From the NCBI GenBank assembly GCA_021845905.1, contig JAJZVA010000005.1, forward strand, positions 36,861 to 100,860: a stretch of DNA of 64,000 bases. The letters are read 5' to 3'. The notes under the pieces were generated by a model that saw only the letters and a program-made list of their open reading frames with translations, did not search any database and had not been told where the DNA came from. The stretch is from Pseudomonadota bacterium. Lineage in GTDB: Bacteria > Pseudomonadota > Alphaproteobacteria > Micavibrionales > UBA2020. Positions 59,725-64,000 of the stretch are shown piece after piece; within the stretch, counting starts at the first letter, position 1; every line of letters starts with the position of its first letter. The translations under genes and the position numbers were made by a program.

Positions 59725-60252
59725 ATGGAAAAGCCCCTGCTGATCGCCATCGGCGGCTTTTCCGGCAGTGGAAAAACGTCGGCGGCGGAGGCGTTGCAAA
59801 AACGTCTTCCCAATGCGGAGCATCTCGACAGCGACCGCGTGCGTAAAGCGCTTTTCGGAGTGGCGGAAACCACGCGCCTGCCGCCGGAGGCTTACACGAC
59901 GGAGGCGACGCGGCGCGTGATCTCGGAAATGGAGCGGCGGATGGCGCTCAACATCGCGGAAGGAAAAAACGTCATCGTCAGCGCGCTTTTCTCGCCCGCT
60001 GTATCGCGCCATGAGGTGGAAAAACTGGCGAATAAAACAGGCGCGCGTTTTGTCGGCATCTGGCTCGGCGCGGATTTAAACGTCCTGCTCAGCCGCGTGA
60101 AAAAGCGCACCGGCGGCCTTTCCGACGCGAACGCGGAGATATTGAAAGCGCAGGCGGAAGCTGAAAACGGAACGATCGCGTGGCCGCTGGTCGATGCGGC
60201 GCTTGCGCCGGAAGACGTTATCGCGGCGGCGTTGCGGATCGTCGGAGAATAA
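59725..60252 (+). CDS. P-loop kinase-like protein (AAA_33/zeta-toxin-like fold)
   Basis: LLIAIGGFSGSGKTSAAEAL (Walker A) ...LDSDRVRK...VIVSALFS...; 175 aa. ATG immediately follows the nusB TAA. Confidence 0.7.
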   Translation: MEKPLLIAIGGFSGSGKTSAAEALQKRLPNAEHLDSDRVRKALFGVAETTRLPPEAYTTEATRRVISEMERRMALNIAEGKNVIVSALFSPAVSRHEVEKLANKTGARFVGIWLGADLNVLLSRVKKRTGGLSDANAEILKAQAEAENGTIAWPLVDAALAPEDVIAAALRIVGE

Positions 60253-61413
60253 TCAGCCCGCGAGCCTTTTAAACCCTTCGGAAAGGTCGCTCTTCAGGTC
60301 TTCGATGTCCTCGAAGCCGACGTGCATGCGGAGCAGCAGGCCTTTTTCCGTCCACTGCGTGGCGGTGCGGCTGGCGGAGGGCTGGTCGGGCAGGCAAAGG
60401 GATTCGTAGCCGCCCCAGCTTGCGCCCATGCGGAACAATTTCAATCCGTTGAGCATGCGGGCGTATTTGCCCTTGTCGCTTTCATGCAGGACGATGCTGA
60501 AGGTCGAGCAGGCGCCTTTGAAATATTTTTTCCAGTTTTCATGTCCGGGGCAGCCGGGCAGCGGCGGATAGAGCACCCGCTTGACGGCGGGCTGTTTTTC
60601 GAGCCAGCGCGCCATTTCAAGGCCGCGGCTTTCGTGCTCTTTAAGGCGGACGTGCAAGGTGCGCAGGCCGCGCAGGCCGATGTAAAGCTCTTCCGATCCG
60701 GCGCAGATGCCGAGCGCCATCGCCGTGGCTTTGACCTTGTGATAGGTCTCCTCCGTGCCCGAGACGACGCCGAGCATCGCATCCGAGTGGCCGGAGATGT
60801 ATTTGGTGCAGGACATGACGGAAACGTCGATACCGTGTTCGAGCGGCTTGAACAACAGCGGCGAGCCCCAGCTGTTGTCCATGACGGTGGTGACGTTGGC
60901 GGCTTTCGCGGCCTTGACGAAAGCGCCGATGTCGCAGACCTCGAAGGTGAGCGAGCCGGGCGCTTCGATGAACAAAACCTTGGTGTTCTTGCGGAACTGT
61001 TTGCCGATGTCACTGGTGAGCGGATCGTAAAACTCCACTTCGACGCCGCAATGGCTGAGCATTTTCTGGCAGAAATTCCGGTTCGGGCCGTAGACGTTGT
61101 CGGGGATCAGCGCGTGGTCGCCAGATCCCGCGAAGGCGGTGATCGCCGTGACGATGGCTGAAAGCCCTGAGCAGGTGGTGACGCTGCCCGCCGCGCCTTC
61201 CAGCGCCGAGATGGCCTGCTCGAAGGCGGCGCTGCTCGGCGTGCCGCAACGTCCGTAGACGAAGGGCGGCAAAGGCTTCGCCGTGTAGTCTTCATAGGTT
61301 TTGAAGACGATCGTCGAGGCGCGGTGCACGGGAACGTTGACGACGCCGTCGTATTTCTCCGGATTGGCGCTGACGTGCGTGAGCAGTGTTGCCGTTTTTT
61401 GATGTTCCGTCAT
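60253..61413 (-). CDS. metC: Cystathionine beta-lyase-type PLP enzyme
   Basis: VNVPVHRASTIVF...YGRCGTPSSAAFEQAISALEGAAGSVTTCSGLSAI...SCTKYISGHSDAMLGVV (PLP lysine). ATGA overlap with the sseA stop; the track start 61470 lies inside sseA. Its stop abuts the stop of the convergent P-loop gene with no spacer. Confidence 0.85.
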   Translation of the reverse strand: MTEHQKTATLLTHVSANPEKYDGVVNVPVHRASTIVFKTYEDYTAKPLPPFVYGRCGTPSSAAFEQAISALEGAAGSVTTCSGLSAIVTAITAFAGSGDHALIPDNVYGPNRNFCQKMLSHCGVEVEFYDPLTSDIGKQFRKNTKVLFIEAPGSLTFEVCDIGAFVKAAKAANVTTVMDNSWGSPLLFKPLEHGIDVSVMSCTKYISGHSDAMLGVVSGTEETYHKVKATAMALGICAGSEELYIGLRGLRTLHVRLKEHESRGLEMARWLEKQPAVKRVLYPPLPGCPGHENWKKYFKGACSTFSIVLHESDKGKYARMLNGLKLFRMGASWGGYESLCLPDQPSASRTATQWTEKGLLLRMHVGFEDIEDLKSDLSEGFKRLAG

Positions 61414-62201
61414 GATGCGCGCACTCCCGTCATTTTCGGCAGGACGGGCATGGAGCTCCATTCCGTCCACGAGCCGTCATATACTGCTATGTCCTTGCGT
61501 CCGAGCTCGAAAAGCGCCAGCGCGAGCACGCAGGCGGTCACGCCGCTCCCGCAACTACAGGTGATTTTCTTCTCCGTGTCGAGATGCGCCGCGGCGAAGG
61601 CTTTTTCAAGTTCGTCAACGGGCTTGAGGGTGCCGTCCGCGCCGACGAGCGCCGCGTAAGGGACGTTGAAAGAATCCGGGATATGCCCGTTTTCGAAGCG
61701 CGCGCTGTCGCGGGCGTCGACGAGGGAGAATTCCTTGCGCAGAAGGTTGCTGGCCACTTGCTCGACCTGCTTGAAAAGCGCGTTGTTCATTTTCGCCGTG
61801 AAGACAGCGGGCTTGGGCGCGGCGTTTTTGCGTGCGGTTTTGAAGCTGCCGGCCGTCCAGGCCGGCAGTCCGCCGTTGAGGACTTTCACGTTCTCGTGGC
61901 CGAAGAGGCGGAACAGCCACCAGGCGCGCGCCGCCGCCATGGAAAACCCGCTGCGGTCGTAGACCACCACGAGGTCGTCGTTGCCGATGCCGAGCGCGCC
62001 CGCTTTTTCAGCGAAGGTTTCCGCCGTCGGCACGGTATGGGCGAAAGGCGCGTCGGGGCTGGCGACGTCGTCGATGTCGAAGTCGACGGCGCCGGGAATG
62101 CCTTCCGCGGAAGGCGGCTGGTTGTAGCTCGCGTCGAGAATTTTGACGTGCGGCGCGCCGAGCATGCCGTTGAGTTCCGCCGCCGTCAGAAGTGCCGTCA
62201 T
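61410..62201 (-). CDS. sseA: 3-mercaptopyruvate sulfurtransferase (tandem rhodanese)
   Basis: HVKILDASY...GHIPGAVDFDID...ARAWWLFRLFGHENVKVLNGGLPAW...GHIPDSFNVPY...ITCSCGSGVTACVLALALFELG (active-site CGSGVTA). ATG 62201 is preceded by GGGGA and forms TAATG with the NUDIX stop. Confidence 0.85.
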   Translation of the reverse strand: MTALLTAAELNGMLGAPHVKILDASYNQPPSAEGIPGAVDFDIDDVASPDAPFAHTVPTAETFAEKAGALGIGNDDLVVVYDRSGFSMAAARAWWLFRLFGHENVKVLNGGLPAWTAGSFKTARKNAAPKPAVFTAKMNNALFKQVEQVASNLLRKEFSLVDARDSARFENGHIPDSFNVPYAALVGADGTLKPVDELEKAFAAAHLDTEKKITCSCGSGVTACVLALALFELGRKDIAVYDGSWTEWSSMPVLPKMTGVRAS

Positions 62202-62812
62202 TATTTTATCCCCCATTTTTTGCGCAGACGTTCATGGTGCCGTGCGAACCAGTTCATGCAGATCAGCGTCGCGCCGTTGACGATTACGCCTTCGTCGAGC
62301 ATGCGGATGGCCTCCGCTGCGGGCACGAGATGCGTTTTGATTTCCTCGCCTTCTTCCACCAGACCGAAATGTCCCGCCGCGGCCTTGCCGATGCGCCCGC
62401 AATAGAGCATGTGCACCTCGTCGGTCGCGCCGGGGCTGGGATAGGACTTGCCGATGAATTCAAGATCGAGGATTTCCGAGCCGGTTTCCTCGACCGCTTC
62501 GCGGCGGACGGTTTCTTCCGGCGTTTCGCCCGGGTCGACGAGACCCGCGCAGCATTCGATGAGAAAGGGTTTTTCGTCTCCGGCGAGAAAAGGGCCGACG
62601 CGGAATTGCTCGTTGAGAAGGAGTTCGTCCGTTTCCGGCTGATAGAGCAGGGCGATGGCGGCCGTGCCGCAGATGTACATTTCGCGCGACATCGGTTCCG
62701 TCGCGCCGTCATGACGCAGGCTGGCGGGCTGGACGACGACCGTTTCAAGCTTGTGCCAGCCTTTGAATTCGAGTTTGCGGGAAAGGATTTTTACCTTGGA
62801 ACGGGTTGTCAT
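62201..62812 (-). CDS. NUDIX hydrolase, ADP-ribose pyrophosphatase-like
   Basis: Nudix box GLVDPGETPEETVRREAVEETG; 203 aa. Confidence 0.85.
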   Translation of the reverse strand: MTTRSKVKILSRKLEFKGWHKLETVVVQPASLRHDGATEPMSREMYICGTAAIALLYQPETDELLLNEQFRVGPFLAGDEKPFLIECCAGLVDPGETPEETVRREAVEETGSEILDLEFIGKSYPSPGATDEVHMLYCGRIGKAAAGHFGLVEEGEEIKTHLVPAAEAIRMLDEGVIVNGATLICMNWFARHHERLRKKWGIK

Positions 62813-62916
62813 TTTCGCCTGTGAAGGAAAGCGTTAGCGGTGCTAAGAGACTAATCCAAAGCGCGTGATCCTTCAAGGCTTGTTGCGTCGCAGCAATCGG
62901 ACAAAAAGGCCCTCTT

Positions 62917-63663
62917 TCAACCGCGCGCGGACAGGGCGGCGGCAACCAGCCGGTCGCTGGCGTCCTCGATGGCCCTTTCGAGCTGTTCCATCATCTGGAG
63001 CGGCGGCAGATCGGGCGCCAGCGGCGGCAGGAATTCGAACGTGATCGTGCCGGATTTCTTGAAAAAGGCGTTCTTGCCCCAGAAGACCCCTGAATTGAGC
63101 GCCACCGGAACGACCGGAACATGCACGTCGCGGTAGACCTTGGCGAGGCCGGCTTTGTAGGGTTTCTTCACGCCGACGGCCGTGCGCGTGCCTTGCGGAA
63201 AAATGATGACCGAGCGCCCCGCGTCGAGTTTCATTTTGCAGCCGGAGACGATGGAGTCGAGCGCCTCCTTGGCCGAGCCGCGGTCGATGGCGATTTGCCC
63301 CATGCGCGCGGGATACCAGCCCCAGAGTGGAATGCGCGTGAGCTCCTTTTTGAGGATGATCGCGGGATAGCCGAGGGCGCGCATGTAGGGCAGTTTCAGC
63401 GTTTCGTAGGCCGACTGGTGTTTGGCGGCGATGATGCAGGCGCCGGCGGGGACGTTTTCAAGCCCCCTGATTTCAAGCTTCAGCCCCATGATGTATTTTT
63501 CGATCAGCTTCATGTAGCCGCCGTAAAAATCGCTGACGACTTGCGCGCATTTGCTCTCGGGCAGGAACAGCGCGGGGATGAGAACGATGCTGCAGGCGAG
63601 CGACCCGCCGAAAAAGAAAATATTGAAGATGATGGAGCGGAGGATGTCCGTAACTTTTTTCAT
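62917..63663 (-). CDS. plsC: 1-acyl-sn-glycerol-3-phosphate acyltransferase
   Basis: MKKVTDILRSIIFNIFFFGG... with AAKHQSAYETL (HX4D-type block variant), and FPQGTR. The track ORF extends 97 Arg-rich codons upstream into the neighbouring gene. ATGA overlap with the upstream stop. Confidence 0.88.
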   Translation of the reverse strand: MKKVTDILRSIIFNIFFFGGSLACSIVLIPALFLPESKCAQVVSDFYGGYMKLIEKYIMGLKLEIRGLENVPAGACIIAAKHQSAYETLKLPYMRALGYPAIILKKELTRIPLWGWYPARMGQIAIDRGSAKEALDSIVSGCKMKLDAGRSVIIFPQGTRTAVGVKKPYKAGLAKVYRDVHVPVVPVALNSGVFWGKNAFFKKSGTITFEFLPPLAPDLPPLQMMEQLERAIEDASDRLVAAALSARG

Positions 63664-64000
63664 GACGGATACCGGAGGGAGGTTGCGACGTATTTCAGGT
63701 ATTCGCGCGCGAGAAGCAGCCCGACGCTTGAGGATTTCCACCAGTCGCGGACGTTGAAATTGTCGGGCACCACCGGATAAGGCGTGATGAGGACGCCGGG
63801 CGCATAGTGATGGAATTCGAGCAGCGCGCGCTTCATGTGGTAGTCGGCGGTGACGAGATAGATGGAGCGAAACCCTTCTTTCTTCAGCCACGCCTCGGTT
63901 TCCACCGCGTTGCCGTAGGTGCTGTCGGCCTTGAAGCCGAGGGTGATGCAGCAATCGAGCCGTTTTTGCGGCGCGGCTTTCCAGCGTTTCGTCAGCTGGG
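63660..64000 (-). CDS. DUF218/YdcF-ElyC-like protein, C-terminal part (gene runs off the right edge)
   Basis: Own translation in frame beyond the track GTG: ...ITLGFKADSTYGNAVETEAWLKKEGFRSIYLVTADYHMKRALLEFHHYAPGVLITPYPV. This matches the DUF218 pattern (NT.gNA.et..w....g....lVTs.yHm.RA). Confidence 0.7.
   Translation of the reverse strand, partial: QLTKRWKAAPQKRLDCCITLGFKADSTYGNAVETEAWLKKEGFRSIYLVTADYHMKRALLEFHHYAPGVLITPYPVVPDNFNVRDWWKSSSVGLLLAREYLKYVATSLRYPS

Overview
This is a GC-rich chromosomal segment that looks alphaproteobacterial from gene content and synteny: fliF-fliG-fliH/flbE-fliN-flbD, flbT-flaF, ntrBC-ntrYX...hfq-hflX, lptFG divergent from pepA, and glyA-nrdR...nusB. I call about 65 protein-coding genes. 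They are tightly packed, with many ATGA/TGATG/TAATG stop-start overlaps. I recognised no rRNA, tRNA, CRISPR array, transposase, integrase or phage genes.

The backbone is housekeeping: flagellar class II genes, motAB, map, radC, purB, recO, parC, hldE, mlaAC, lptFG, pepA, fabI, aroC, ntr genes, hfq, hflX, gcdH, rpiB, glyA, nrdR, nusB, metC, sseA and plsC. It is interrupted by accessory genes that look more A+T-rich by eye (not computed). Several of these sit behind A+T-rich spacers carrying near-consensus sigma70-type promoters.

Most interesting:
1. A LapG-type BTLCP cysteine protease carries an N-terminal tandem MshEN-like (c-di-GMP receptor) motif pair (24294-25286). It lies two genes from an orphan MshE/GspE-type ATPase with the same motif pair (27028-28839). 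The two flank hldE, whose promoter is overlapped by a perfect 12-bp inverted repeat.
2. Three tandem paralogues of an uncharacterised HExxH protein (8269-11248). Their basic, Phe-terminal C-tails resemble the tail of an unrelated orphan 230-aa protein at 56192-56884.
3. Two tandem signal-less I78-like small proteins (53977-54693).
4. Ankyrin-repeat and HEAT-like proteins, and a sensor-less hybrid kinase plus CheY-like pair immediately upstream of ntrB.
5. TTAA-N7-TTAA (CtrA-type) boxes in the fliF/flaG divergent region and upstream of the orphan gene.

All functional calls come from reading the supplied translations and my own translation of edge ORFs. No database search was run.
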